DNA of 33,531 nucleotides, filler included, from Candidatus Delongbacteria bacterium (GTDB taxonomy: Bacteria > UBA4055): NCBI GenBank assembly GCA_016937995.1. It is 2 parts of 2 records of this genome, joined end to end, with 100 filler letters (N's around TTAATTAATTAA, not from the genome) between each part and the next. Parts side by side here need not be neighbours in the genome. Positions count along the whole stretch, not along the records: positions 13,923 to 33,531 come from JAFGVM010000055.1; 1 more part is not named here. One strand, given 5' to 3'. The notes beneath the pieces were generated by a model. That model saw only the letters and a program-made list of their open reading frames with translations. It did not search any database and was not told the origin of the DNA. Each line of letters starts with the position of its first letter. Position 1 is the first letter of the stretch. The translations under genes were made by a program, and so were the position numbers. This document shows, piece after piece, positions 17,347-26,608 of the stretch.

Positions 17347-17413
17347 TCTCTCATAAAGGCACCCATTCACAAAGGTTAAATTTGAATTTTCCGATTCCTA
17401 TCTTGTAAATTTT

Positions 17414-17537
17414 CAGGCTTTTCAAAAACGAGTTATACAAGGAAAAGTACTATTTTTAAAATGTAGCTTAGTTAACCTAAGTCACATTGCAGAAAATTGT
17501 ACTTCGACGCCGAAGAATGAAGTTTTTCAAAAGCCTG
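17414..17537. mobile_element. 124-bp MITE-like element with 16-bp terminal inverted repeats and internal palindrome
   Basis: CAGGCTTTTCAAAAAC ... GTTTTTCAAAAGCCTG (15/16 inverted). Internal AAGTAC...GTACTT and ATGTAGCTTAG...CTAAGTCACAT stems. Abuts the pstA TAG. Confidence 0.6.
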
Positions 17538-18407
17538 CTACCAATCGCGATTTTTTCTGATCCTATATCTAAAATAAACCGACGCAGAACTCACTATTAT
17601 TACAAATGCAAGCAGAACAAGTGCAGTTCCGTAAGCGATCGGAACCTGCTTATCAGGATGAGATCCTTCTGTCATCAGTGCATAAATATGATATGGTAGA
17701 GCCATGACCTCATCAGAAAGTGAATTAGGAAGCCTTCTGCTGTAGAACGTTGCTGCAGTAAACAATATAGGAGCAGTTTCTCCTGCGACCCTTCCGATTG
17801 CAAGTATTACTCCCGTCAGAATATTCGGTAAAGCTGCAGGTAAAAGCACCTTAAGAATAGTCTGTCTTTCTGATGCACCGAGCGAAAGTGAAGCATCTCT
17901 GAACTCTGGAGGGATTGTTTTAAGGGCTTCTTCTGTATTATTTATAATAATTGGTAGTATCAGAACAGCAAGTGTCAGAGATCCACTGATAATTGATACA
18001 TCAAACTCAAAATATATAACAAATACTGCCATTCCGAACAGACCGTAAATGATTGATGGAATAGCTGCAAGTGTACTTATAGTAACCCTGAGTGATTTTA
18101 CAAACCAGTAAGGTCTTGCATAACTTGTAAGATATACTGCTGTAAATACTCCGAATGGCAATGCTATCAGTACCGAAATAAGTGTAAGCCAGAGTGTTCC
18201 TACAATTGCAGGGAATATACCACCTTCTGTCATGAACTTTCTCGGCATCTCAGATACAAATTCCCAGGATATAACTCCGTAACCTTTTGATACAATTATA
18301 TATATGAAAATGAAAAGAAAAATACCCGTAGTAAAAGTAAGCAGATTAAGTGTTGATACACCCAGGAACTGCTTTAATGATCTCATATTAATAGTTTTAA
18401 GACTCAT
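17538..18407 (-). CDS. pstA: Phosphate ABC transporter permease PstA
   Basis: GGIFPAIVGT, LAAIPSIIYGLFG, GRVAGETAP. Confidence 0.95.
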   Translation of the reverse strand: MSLKTINMRSLKQFLGVSTLNLLTFTTGIFLFIFIYIIVSKGYGVISWEFVSEMPRKFMTEGGIFPAIVGTLWLTLISVLIALPFGVFTAVYLTSYARPYWFVKSLRVTISTLAAIPSIIYGLFGMAVFVIYFEFDVSIISGSLTLAVLILPIIINNTEEALKTIPPEFRDASLSLGASERQTILKVLLPAALPNILTGVILAIGRVAGETAPILFTAATFYSRRLPNSLSDEVMALPYHIYALMTEGSHPDKQVPIAYGTALVLLAFVIIVSSASVYFRYRIRKNRDW

Positions 18408-19273
18408 ATTTTTTTCTTCCTGAAGAATACAAGTTCAGTTATAATATTACTGAAGAAAGTTATAAAAAATAATATTATCGCTATAGCAAACAGAGAACTG
18501 TAATGATCACTGCCGACCACTGTCTCACCCATTTCTGCTGCGATAGCTGCTGTCATAGGTCTTACCGGTGAAAATATACTTTTCGGTATCTGAGCTGATC
18601 CTCCTGCCACCATAAGAACTACCAGGGTTTCACCTATCGCTCTACCAAATGCAAGAATAAACGATCCGATAATACCGCTTTTTGCTGCCGGGATAATGAC
18701 CTTGTATATCGTTTCGAATTTATTTGCTCCTAAACTCAATGATGCATCTCTTAGATTTTGCGGTACGGCATTCAAGGCATCTTCGCTCATTGTTGATATT
18801 ATTGGAATAACCATAATACCGAGTATTAATGATGCAGAGAACATATTCAGACCTATCGGTGCTCCAAAAGTATCCATTACAAATGGAGAAAGAAAGACTA
18901 TACCTACCAATCCATAAATAACAGATGGAATTCCGGCAAGAAGTTCAATGATCGGTTTAATAATTTCTTTTGTTCTTCTTCCTGCCAGTTCAGAGATATA
19001 GATCGCAGAACCCAGTCCTAAAGGAATAGCCACAACAAGTGTACCAATCGTTACGTAGATAGAAGATACTATCAGAGTCCACATTCCAAAAATAGGCGGA
19101 TCATCAACAGGTCTCCATTCCATACCGAATAAAGTGGAAAAGATACCGACCTTTTTTAAGATCGGTATCCCTTCAGTGAATATACTCAGGATTATTCCTA
19201 CAAGTGCTGCGATAGTAAAAAAAGCTGCACCGTATGTTATACCTGAAAATAGTTTATCATAGAATTTTTTCAT
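18404..19273 (-). CDS. pstC: Phosphate ABC transporter permease PstC
   Basis: KPIIELLAGIPSVIYG, SEDAL, GRAIGET. Confidence 0.95.
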   Translation of the reverse strand: MKKFYDKLFSGITYGAAFFTIAALVGIILSIFTEGIPILKKVGIFSTLFGMEWRPVDDPPIFGMWTLIVSSIYVTIGTLVVAIPLGLGSAIYISELAGRRTKEIIKPIIELLAGIPSVIYGLVGIVFLSPFVMDTFGAPIGLNMFSASLILGIMVIPIISTMSEDALNAVPQNLRDASLSLGANKFETIYKVIIPAAKSGIIGSFILAFGRAIGETLVVLMVAGGSAQIPKSIFSPVRPMTAAIAAEMGETVVGSDHYSSLFAIAIILFFITFFSNIITELVFFRKKKI

Positions 19274-19277
19274 TGGA

Positions 19278-20087
19278 TTATTTACTTACTTTTACAAATC
19301 CCATTTCTTCTACAATTGCCTGTCCCTTAGGTGAAAGAACGAAATCAATATACTTTTTTACTTTACCTTCCGGCTTACCTTTTGTGTACATGTGAAGTGT
19401 CCTTGCGATAGGATAAGTTCTATCCTGGATAGTTTTTTCTGATACTGTTATTCCGTTGATCCTTACATCATTAACATTATCGGAAAGGTAACCTATACCT
19501 ACATAACCAACTGCACCTTTTGTATCTTTTACAGTAGTTGCTACTGCATTATTTGAAGCAAGCATGAGTGAACTAGCTGCCAGCTTTTCCTTCTTAAGGA
19601 CTTTTGTCTCGAAGGTTTCATAAGTACCTGAAGAAACGTCTCTTGATACAAGAACTATAGGCATAGAAGGTCCGCCTACTTCTTTCCAGTTCATTATCTC
19701 ACCTGTATAGATCTTCTGAAGCTGATCGATTGTAAGATCTTTTACCGGATTTGATTTGTGAACTATAACAGCTATACCATCATTAGCTACTACATTCTCA
19801 TAAGCTTCTACACCATTCTGTTTAGCTTGAAGAAGTTCTTTGTTCTTGATGTGCCTTGAAGCATTACCTATGTCACAAGTTCCTGCTATAATTCCTGCTA
19901 CACCAACACCTGATCCACCACCTCTTACTGAGATATTCATGTCAGGATTCATTTCCATGAAAGCTTCAGCAGTTGCCTGAGCTATAGGAAGTACAGTTGT
20001 TGAACCGACCATTGTGATCTGATCACCTTTCTTAGCGAAAGCAACCATTGCTGCGATCATCATGATTACGAATAATAATTTTTTCAT
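19278..20087 (-). CDS. pstS: Phosphate ABC transporter substrate-binding protein PstS
   Basis: GSTTVLP, GGGSGVG, DIGNASR, R...SGT, YPIARTL; signal peptide. Confidence 0.95.
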   Translation of the reverse strand: MKKLLFVIMMIAAMVAFAKKGDQITMVGSTTVLPIAQATAEAFMEMNPDMNISVRGGGSGVGVAGIIAGTCDIGNASRHIKNKELLQAKQNGVEAYENVVANDGIAVIVHKSNPVKDLTIDQLQKIYTGEIMNWKEVGGPSMPIVLVSRDVSSGTYETFETKVLKKEKLAASSLMLASNNAVATTVKDTKGAVGYVGIGYLSDNVNDVRINGITVSEKTIQDRTYPIARTLHMYTKGKPEGKVKKYIDFVLSPKGQAIVEEMGFVKVSK

Positions 20088-20141
20088 TTTTTACTCCTAA
20101 TAAGTGTTTTGTTCTTTAACGTGTGTAATTTGCTATTTTAA

Positions 20142-20180
20142 TGTTTGAGAAATAATAAGGATTTGTTAGAATTGTATTAG
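20142..20180 (-). promoter_or_regulatory. Pho-box-like array upstream of pstS
   Basis: TGTTTG(20142), TAATAA(20153), TGTTAG(20164), TATTAG(20175) at an 11-bp period; CAAATT -10 lies 9 bp downstream on the - strand. Confidence 0.75.
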
Positions 20181-20185
20181 AAATA

Positions 20186-20265
20186 GGGTCTTGAGATGTG
20201 GGTCTCGGGTCTCGGGTTGCAAATCCAATCATAACCCAAGACTCAAGACTCGAGACTCACAACCG
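20186..20265. repeat. Inverted heptamer-repeat hairpin (GGGTCTC-like x5 / AAGACTC-like x5)
   Basis: GGGTCTT GAGATGT GGGTCTC GGGTCTC GGGTTGC, 10-nt spacer, ATAACCC AAGACTC AAGACTC GAGACTC ACAACCG. Confidence 0.75.
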
Positions 20266-20267
20266 TT

Positions 20268-21326
20268 CTATGAACCCAGCACTTCTGAAAAAATCCATCT
20301 CATCTGAAGCATGATCTGATTTACCGGATCTTTGTCACTGTCTTCATACATTGTTGTTTCATAGTTTAGCTGGAAGAACAGAGTAGGATTGTTCTTTGAA
20401 TCTCTTACAACATTATAATTAAGACCTACGACCAGGACATTATAAGCATCATCATCATTATCGGTATTTGGATCGTACATATCATATCTTCCTATAACAT
20501 CAAATGAATTATTGATCTTGTATTTAGGCATAAATGACATAACAGTAGTATTAATATCATCCGCTCCGTCAACATTAGGAAGTGATTTAGTTTTCATCAG
20601 ATACTGCCCAAGTAAACTAAAATCTCCAAATGCCAGTTTTCCCATTCCTGCGAACATGTTGTATTGCTCTCTTGCTGGATTGTCTACCAGTGGTCCATTA
20701 CCAGCTAAAGTAGTATCAACTTCTGCATTGTTCTTTGTCATGAAATAATATGAACCACCCAGAGTAACACCTACCATTGGAGTAATTCTTACATCTGCTG
20801 CGAAATTAAGATCTTTGTTAATGTCACTACCTGTTTTCTTGTATCCTTCACCATTATAAGCAGCAAAATTATATGTACCGAATCCGCTTGGGAAATATCC
20901 ACTGATACCGATACCGTAGTCGGTTGAGCTTACGAATTTGTACTTGTCAGACGGGTCTTTTTCTATTACCTGATAATCCCAGTCATAGATCGTTCCGAAG
21001 TATGTCTTCATCAGACCGATGGTCAGTTTTGAGTCAGTTATAGGTAACACAGCAAAATCAAGATAAGCATACTTAAGTTTCATACCTACACCGTCAGCTG
21101 CTCCGTCATCAGAAAAGAAATCAAGGTTGAATCTACCTTTGATGTTCGAACTGAATTGAGGTTCCAGCCTGAAATAACCTCTTTTTACTGCAAGTTCATT
21201 CTCAACGATATCACCATCGACCGTTTCCATTGTCCATCTGTTCCAAAGTTCCATTTTGAACTTTGTTGATGCGTTCAGTCCTGCCACTGCAAGAACTATT
21301 AATGCAAATACCAATGTTTTTTTCAC
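20268..21326 (-). CDS. Outer-membrane beta-barrel porin, probably phosphate-related (OprO/P-like)
   Basis: Signal peptide (GTG 21326 after GGAGG); VKRGYF, LKYAYL, YNGEGY, GRYDMYDPNT and amphipathic strands; located between phoU and pstS. Confidence 0.75.
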   Translation of the reverse strand: MKKTLVFALIVLAVAGLNASTKFKMELWNRWTMETVDGDIVENELAVKRGYFRLEPQFSSNIKGRFNLDFFSDDGAADGVGMKLKYAYLDFAVLPITDSKLTIGLMKTYFGTIYDWDYQVIEKDPSDKYKFVSSTDYGIGISGYFPSGFGTYNFAAYNGEGYKKTGSDINKDLNFAADVRITPMVGVTLGGSYYFMTKNNAEVDTTLAGNGPLVDNPAREQYNMFAGMGKLAFGDFSLLGQYLMKTKSLPNVDGADDINTTVMSFMPKYKINNSFDVIGRYDMYDPNTDNDDDAYNVLVVGLNYNVVRDSKNNPTLFFQLNYETTMYEDSDKDPVNQIMLQMRWIFSEVLGS

Positions 21327-21381
21327 ACTATCCTCCATTTGAGTGTTTAATTTTGTTTACGTGTGAAATTTGCTATATGAA

Positions 21382-21420
21382 TGTTTGGAGAATAATAAGG
21401 AAGTGTTAAAATTAAGTTAG
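21382..21420 (-). promoter_or_regulatory. Pho-box-like array upstream of the porin
   Basis: TGTTTG(21382), TAATAA(21393), TGTTAA(21404), AGTTAG(21415); colinear with the pstS promoter. Confidence 0.75.
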
Positions 21421-21458
21421 AATTTAGAAGTCAGAGGATAGAAGTAAAAATATTCCAC

Positions 21459-21488
21459 CTGGATTCCCGGATCAAGTCCGAGAATGAC
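21459..21488. repeat. REP-like palindrome CTGGATTCCCGGATCAAGTCCGAGAATGAC
   Basis: Imperfect hairpin ending TGAC, resembling the widespread GTCA-type small repeats. Confidence 0.6.
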
Positions 21489-21524
21489 AGTTTAACTCAA
21501 GACTCTAGACCCACAACCCAAAAT

Positions 21525-21547
21525 AAAAAAGGGTGCCTAAACACCCC
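21525..21547 (-). terminator. Probable terminator of phoB-phoR-pstB-phoU
   Basis: - strand GGGTG-tttagg-CACCC followed by TTTTTT. Confidence 0.55.
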
Positions 21548-21553
21548 ACGCAG

Positions 21554-21588
21554 TAGCTCATAGTTCATCGCTTATAGTTCATAGTTAG
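21554..21588. repeat. Heptamer tandem repeat (TAGTTCA-like x5)
   Basis: TAGCTCA TAGTTCA TCGCTTA TAGTTCA TAGTTAG. Confidence 0.7.
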
Positions 21589-21592
21589 AAAA

Positions 21593-21616
21593 GTCTTCGA
21601 CTCCGTTCAGACTGAC
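21593..21616. repeat. REP-like element GTCTTCGACTCCGTTCAGACTGAC
   Basis: Resembles the CTTCGAC-x-x-x-GCTCAG-x-x-TGAC small repeat type; located right after the phoU stop. Confidence 0.5.
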
Positions 21617-21620
21617 TTTT

Positions 21621-22274
21621 CTATTCAGCGTGCCTAACAATCGTCCCCTCGATCATATATATCACATCTTCCGAAATATTAGTCGCATGATCAGCTATCC
21701 TTTCCAAATATCTCGATACAGAAAGATAGTTCAAATAAAGCTTCATCTTATGAGGATCTTTTGAAACCTGTTCAACAAAAATATCATACATTCTGCTGTT
21801 CATATCATCTATCTCATTATCTGTATCAATAACAGCCTGAGCTTTCTGCATATCAAGATCAACAAGAGAATCTATACTGTCGTTAAGCATTTTTAAAGAT
21901 AGATTACACATACCATTAAAATCAAAATCAGGTATTTCACCTTCAAGATTTACTAATGCCTTCGCTCTTTGAGCAATATTTTGAGCAAGATCACCCACCC
22001 TTTCAAGATCAGAATTTATCTTTAATATAGATACAATCAGTCTAAGATCAGTCGCAACCGGTTGATACAAAGCAAGCATTTTTAGACAATCTTCTTCAAT
22101 TTCGATCTCGAAACGATCGATCTGATCATCTTTTTCAATAACTTTATCTGCGGTATCACCGTCCTTGTTCAAAAGAGCTTTGATAGCAAATCTCAGGCTT
22201 TCTTCCACAACAGTACATTGACTGAATATTTTTTTCTTAAGCTTTCTAAGTTCATTCTGTAAATAAATCGACAT
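21621..22274 (-). CDS. phoU: Phosphate signalling protein PhoU
   Basis: QPVATDLR, DLERVGDLA, LERIADHATNI. Confidence 0.96.
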   Translation of the reverse strand: MSIYLQNELRKLKKKIFSQCTVVEESLRFAIKALLNKDGDTADKVIEKDDQIDRFEIEIEEDCLKMLALYQPVATDLRLIVSILKINSDLERVGDLAQNIAQRAKALVNLEGEIPDFDFNGMCNLSLKMLNDSIDSLVDLDMQKAQAVIDTDNEIDDMNSRMYDIFVEQVSKDPHKMKLYLNYLSVSRYLERIADHATNISEDVIYMIEGTIVRHAE

Positions 22275-22282
22275 TTTATCTC

Positions 22283-23044
22283 CTATCCGAATTTTCCGGT
22301 TATATATTCTTCTGTTTTCTGCATATCAGGTTTTGTAAATATCTTCTTAGTATCACCAAATTCGATAAGCTCACCCTCGTAGAAAAAAGCTGTCTTATCT
22401 GAAACTCTGGCAGCCTGTTGCATATTATGCGTAACAATAACAATCGTATAATTTCCTTTAAGCTCACCGATAAGATCTTCTATCCTTGCAGTTGATTTAG
22501 GATCCAGTGCTGAAGCAGGTTCATCCATAAGAAGTATCTCAGGATCCACAGCCAGCGCTCTTGCAATACAAAGTCTCTGCTGCTGACCACCTGAAAGTCC
22601 CATGGCACTTTTATTAAGCCTGTCCTTTACTTCATCCCAAAGTCCCGCATTCTTTAAGCTTTTTTCAACGACCATATCAAGGTCTTTTCTTGCTGTAGAA
22701 CCGTGAATTCTTGGACCATATGCTATATTCTCATATATGGATTTAGGGAAAGGAGTTGATTTCTGAAATATCATACCTACTCTCTTTCTTAAAGTCACAA
22801 CATCAGTGCTCTTATTATAAATATTTACTCCATCTATCTCTACAATTCCTTTGACGACAGTTCCGAATATAGTATCATTCATCCTGTTAAGTGTTCTTAG
22901 ATATGTTGACTTTCCGCATCCGGAAGGTCCGATCAATGCAGTTACAAGACCTTTAGGTATATTCATATTAATGTCGAATAATGCCTGATTATCTCCATAA
23001 AAAAAGTCAAGCTTTTCACTTCTGATCTTAATTTCTTCTTCCAT
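22283..23044 (-). CDS. pstB: Phosphate ABC transporter ATPase PstB
   Basis: [43 protein letters not shown]. Confidence 0.97.
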   Translation of the reverse strand: MEEEIKIRSEKLDFFYGDNQALFDINMNIPKGLVTALIGPSGCGKSTYLRTLNRMNDTIFGTVVKGIVEIDGVNIYNKSTDVVTLRKRVGMIFQKSTPFPKSIYENIAYGPRIHGSTARKDLDMVVEKSLKNAGLWDEVKDRLNKSAMGLSGGQQQRLCIARALAVDPEILLMDEPASALDPKSTARIEDLIGELKGNYTIVIVTHNMQQAARVSDKTAFFYEGELIEFGDTKKIFTKPDMQKTEEYITGKFG

Positions 23045-24837
23045 TAATTCTCCACCTTTATGTTATTTGGAATTACAAGTGTGAATTTTGAACCCAGTCC
23101 GGGTTTACTTTCCACATCAATTCTTCCGTTATGTAAATTCATTATATGTTTTACTATTGAAAGTCCAAGACCGGTTCCGCCTTCTTTCCTGCTTCTTGCT
23201 TTGTCTACCCTGTAGAACCTTTCGAACAGTCTTGGAAAGTGTGATTCATCTATCCCCATTCCGTAATCTCTAACAGATATATAACTGTATTGAGCATCTG
23301 TATTACATTCAAGTTCGATCAGCTTTTTAGAATTACAGTATTTTATTGCATTGTCTATAAGATTTATCAATGCTTCTTCTATAAGCTGTTGGTTACAATA
23401 TATCTTTTTTACGCAGTTGTTCTTCACTTTTAGATCGATCTGATCCTTCTCCAGTGTTGAAGAGAAGATATCTCTGCTGTTTCTCATTATCTCAATCGGC
23501 AATGCATCTTTGAATTCTATCGTTGCTCCATTTTCCTCATCTTTATCAAGTTTGGAAAGTGTCAGCAGATCCTGAATTATCGTACTCAACCTTTCTGCGT
23601 GGTTAAAAATGATCTTAAGAAATTTTTTCCTGTGTTCTTTATCATCATCTGCACCTTCAAGCAGTGTTTCAACAAATCCTTTTATTGAGGTCAGAGGTGT
23701 TCTTAGCTCATGAGAAACATTGGCAACGAAATCTTTCCTTATTATCTCTGCCTGCTTCAATGCGGTTATATCATGCATAACAAAAACAGCACCTCTATTA
23801 TTATCCTCATGATCTTTAATTGTCGTTCCCTGAAGTCTATAAATAAATTCATTCCCGTAACTATCTGGAATAACCACTGTCCTCTTTACTTCTGAATCGG
23901 AATCAGTTACTTCATCAACAAATCTCTGGATAGTACTGTTCCTTACTGCCTGATGCAGCAGTCTGTTATGTGCATATTTCGGATCAATATTCAAAAATTT
24001 AGCTGCAGCTGAATTCACCAGTATAATATTCCCTTCCTGATCAATTGCAATAACACCTTCGACCATTGATTCAAGAATGGCATTCTGCTCATTCTTCTGA
24101 CTTGTAAGATTCTTTATCTTTTCATCCAGTTGAACTGCCATAGATTTCATGGACAGAGCGAGTTTCTGTGTCTCTTCGTTATTATATGAACCAGGTTTGA
24201 CTGAAAAATCACCTGCAGAATACATATCAGACAGTTCTGTAAGTTCCATAAGTGGATTACTGAACCTTCTGGACAGATAAAAACTCGCAGCTATTAAAAT
24301 TATAAGCACCAATATCCCCAAAGTTCCGAGACTATTTGAGAATCTTGAAATTGTGTCTGTGAATTTCATTAGAGGAAATGATGTTCTTATAACATATTGT
24401 TCTTTCCCGTGATAGAAGACCGGGATCGCAACATACATTAAATTCTGTTTGAGAGTTGCACTCCGTCTGATTATCGTACCCAGTTCACCCTGCATTGCTA
24501 TCATTATTTCAGGTCTGTCACCATGATAGTCCATATATTGGGGATCACTTCTGCTGTCTCCGATAACTTCACCGTTAGCTCTTATTACAGTATATCTTGT
24601 ATTAGTTTCTTTCCCTACATTTTTAACAATAGAGTCAGTAATAGCAATTGTCAAGGTATCCAGACTGAGTAAATTACTTTTAAGAAGTAAAGCCTGCTCT
24701 TCAAGTCTGATATGAATATTTTCGGAATAACTTTCTTCATATTTATTGACTGCAAAAATAAAAACTGACAGAGAAGCCAGAACTGTCACTATTAAAAATG
24801 AAGGAAATATACTCCAGAAATAAGGCTTATTTTTCAT
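23044..24837 (-). CDS. phoR: Phosphate regulon sensor histidine kinase (HAMP-PAS-HisKA-HATPase)
   Basis: [54 protein letters not shown]. Confidence 0.93.
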   Translation of the reverse strand: MKNKPYFWSIFPSFLIVTVLASLSVFIFAVNKYEESYSENIHIRLEEQALLLKSNLLSLDTLTIAITDSIVKNVGKETNTRYTVIRANGEVIGDSRSDPQYMDYHGDRPEIMIAMQGELGTIIRRSATLKQNLMYVAIPVFYHGKEQYVIRTSFPLMKFTDTISRFSNSLGTLGILVLIILIAASFYLSRRFSNPLMELTELSDMYSAGDFSVKPGSYNNEETQKLALSMKSMAVQLDEKIKNLTSQKNEQNAILESMVEGVIAIDQEGNIILVNSAAAKFLNIDPKYAHNRLLHQAVRNSTIQRFVDEVTDSDSEVKRTVVIPDSYGNEFIYRLQGTTIKDHEDNNRGAVFVMHDITALKQAEIIRKDFVANVSHELRTPLTSIKGFVETLLEGADDDKEHRKKFLKIIFNHAERLSTIIQDLLTLSKLDKDEENGATIEFKDALPIEIMRNSRDIFSSTLEKDQIDLKVKNNCVKKIYCNQQLIEEALINLIDNAIKYCNSKKLIELECNTDAQYSYISVRDYGMGIDESHFPRLFERFYRVDKARSRKEGGTGLGLSIVKHIMNLHNGRIDVESKPGLGSKFTLVIPNNIKVEN

Positions 24838-25523
24838 TTCCTGTCCTTAAACCTGTAACCGATACCTCTGATAGTTTCAACATATTTACTTGCACTTTTC
24901 AGTTTTTTTCTCAGACCGACCATCATTACATCAACACTCCTGTCTGTAACAGGATAATTATTCCCGTGAACATTCTCTACTATCTGGTATCTTGTGAACA
25001 CCCATCCAGGTTTTGACGCAAGAAAATGTAAAGCCTTGAACTCTGAAGCTGTCAGATCTATCTTTTCACCGTTGACAGTTACCTCATATCTCCCGGGAAC
25101 TATTTTAAGTTCATGAACATTAATATCTTCTCTATTGATCTCTTCTACCTGCTCTTTTCTTCTCAGGATCGTTCTAATTCTTGCAACGAGTACTTTTGGG
25201 CTGAAAGGTTTTACGATATAATCATCTGCCCCGAGCTCAAGACCGGTGATAATGTCGGATTCTTCACCCTTTGCAGTGATCATTACAACAGGGATATCTT
25301 CAGTTGATTCATTTCTTTTTAGTTTCTTACAAATTGTTAACCCATCGTCACCGGGCAACATGATATCAAGTAGGATAATATCACACTTTTCACTACTCAG
25401 AACCTCGAACATATCTTCACCGCTATCGAATTCTTTTACAAGATAATTGTTCTTCTTCAAGTTGTACGATATAAGTTCTCTGATATCCTCGTCATCTTCT
25501 ACAATAAATACTTTTTTGTTCAT
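24834..25523 (-). CDS. phoB: Phosphate regulon OmpR-family response regulator (PhoB/PhoP)
   Basis: Receiver domain (EDD, LDIMLPG, GADDYIVKPFS) plus winged helix (ETIRGIGYRF); overlaps the phoR start. Confidence 0.9.
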   Translation of the reverse strand: MNKKVFIVEDDEDIRELISYNLKKNNYLVKEFDSGEDMFEVLSSEKCDIILLDIMLPGDDGLTICKKLKRNESTEDIPVVMITAKGEESDIITGLELGADDYIVKPFSPKVLVARIRTILRRKEQVEEINREDINVHELKIVPGRYEVTVNGEKIDLTASEFKALHFLASKPGWVFTRYQIVENVHGNNYPVTDRSVDVMMVGLRKKLKSASKYVETIRGIGYRFKDRK

Positions 25524-25569
25524 AATTTTACCGTTTGGTTATAATTACATTCCAAATATAGTATGATTT

Positions 25570-25608
25570 TGTTACAAAAATATTATATTATTGTTAGAAT
25601 ATTGTTAG
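25570..25608 (-). promoter_or_regulatory. Pho-box-like autoregulatory array upstream of phoB
   Basis: TGTTAC(25570), TATTAT(25581), TGTTAG(25592), TGTTAG(25603); TATATT -10 lies 9 bp downstream on the - strand. Confidence 0.8.
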
Positions 25609-25735
25609 AATGACAGACAGATCCGGGAACGTTTCTCTTACAAAGAAACAAAGGTCATTGAGATAATAATATTTTACAATTATATGTTATCCATAAACCT
25701 TGATAATAAAATTATTTTTCTTTATAATTACATTT

Positions 25736-26599
25736 ATGAATAGAAGACATTTTGCAAAAATGATAAGGGATGAATTCCCTGATATTGATCTTACCATTTC
25801 CAGATTTATCACTCACGGCTGGGACCATTTTGTACTGATCTCAAAGGATAAAAAGGTTTTAAGGATACCCAAGGACAACAGATACAGATTTAAATTCGGA
25901 AACGAAATAAAGCTTTTAAAATATCTTAAGAACAAAGTATCTGTTGGGATACCCTACTATAAATATATATCTTCTACAGGTGAATTTGCCGGATATGATA
26001 TGCTTATAGGTAAAGATCTGACTGCTGATACTTTCAAAAAACTCTCAAGAAAGGACAAAGAGCTTCTCGCTGAACAGCTTGGAGAATTTTTGACCGGACT
26101 GCATAACATTCCTGTTGCAAAAATAGGATCAATGTGTGTTGAAACAGTTGACAACCTGAAGCAATTTAAAAATCTTGAAAACAATATAAAACAATATCTG
26201 CATTCTAAATTATCAGATAATGAAATAAAACTGATAAACTCATATATGGTCACTCTGAAAGAAACATTCGCTCATAATTACACTAAAGTCCTTGTTCATA
26301 ATGATCTTAGTGGAGAGCATATTCTTTGGGACAGGAAAAACTTCAAGGTAAATATCATTGATTTCAGTGACAGAGAAATAGGTGATCCTGCGATGGATTT
26401 TACAGGTTTCTTTGAATTCGGAGAAGAATTCGCTCAACAGGTTTATTCTTTTTACAAAGGCAGAAAAGATGTTTCTTTTCTTTACAGGGCAAAATTATAT
26501 TTTAAAAGAGTTCCTCTATACATTATGATAGATTCACAACAGGGATTCCCGTGTACTTTTGATGAAGGATATGAAATGTTCAAAAAATTATATAAATAG
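25736..26599 (+). CDS. Aminoglycoside phosphotransferase (APH/choline kinase) family protein
   Basis: HGWD, VLRIP, LVHNDLSGEHIL, IIDFSD...GDPAMDF; start likely ATG 25736. Confidence 0.85.
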   Translation: MNRRHFAKMIRDEFPDIDLTISRFITHGWDHFVLISKDKKVLRIPKDNRYRFKFGNEIKLLKYLKNKVSVGIPYYKYISSTGEFAGYDMLIGKDLTADTFKKLSRKDKELLAEQLGEFLTGLHNIPVAKIGSMCVETVDNLKQFKNLENNIKQYLHSKLSDNEIKLINSYMVTLKETFAHNYTKVLVHNDLSGEHILWDRKNFKVNIIDFSDREIGDPAMDFTGFFEFGEEFAQQVYSFYKGRKDVSFLYRAKLYFKRVPLYIMIDSQQGFPCTFDEGYEMFKKLYK

Positions 26600-26608
26600 A
26601 GCAGACAT

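Noticed and set aside
16429-21588. CRISPR array from the short repeats
   Set aside because: The units are 7-bp tandem or 11-bp phased motifs without unique spacers, and there are no cas genes.
25736-26599. Named clinical aminoglycoside resistance gene
   Set aside because: Only family-level motifs are visible, with no mobile resistance context.
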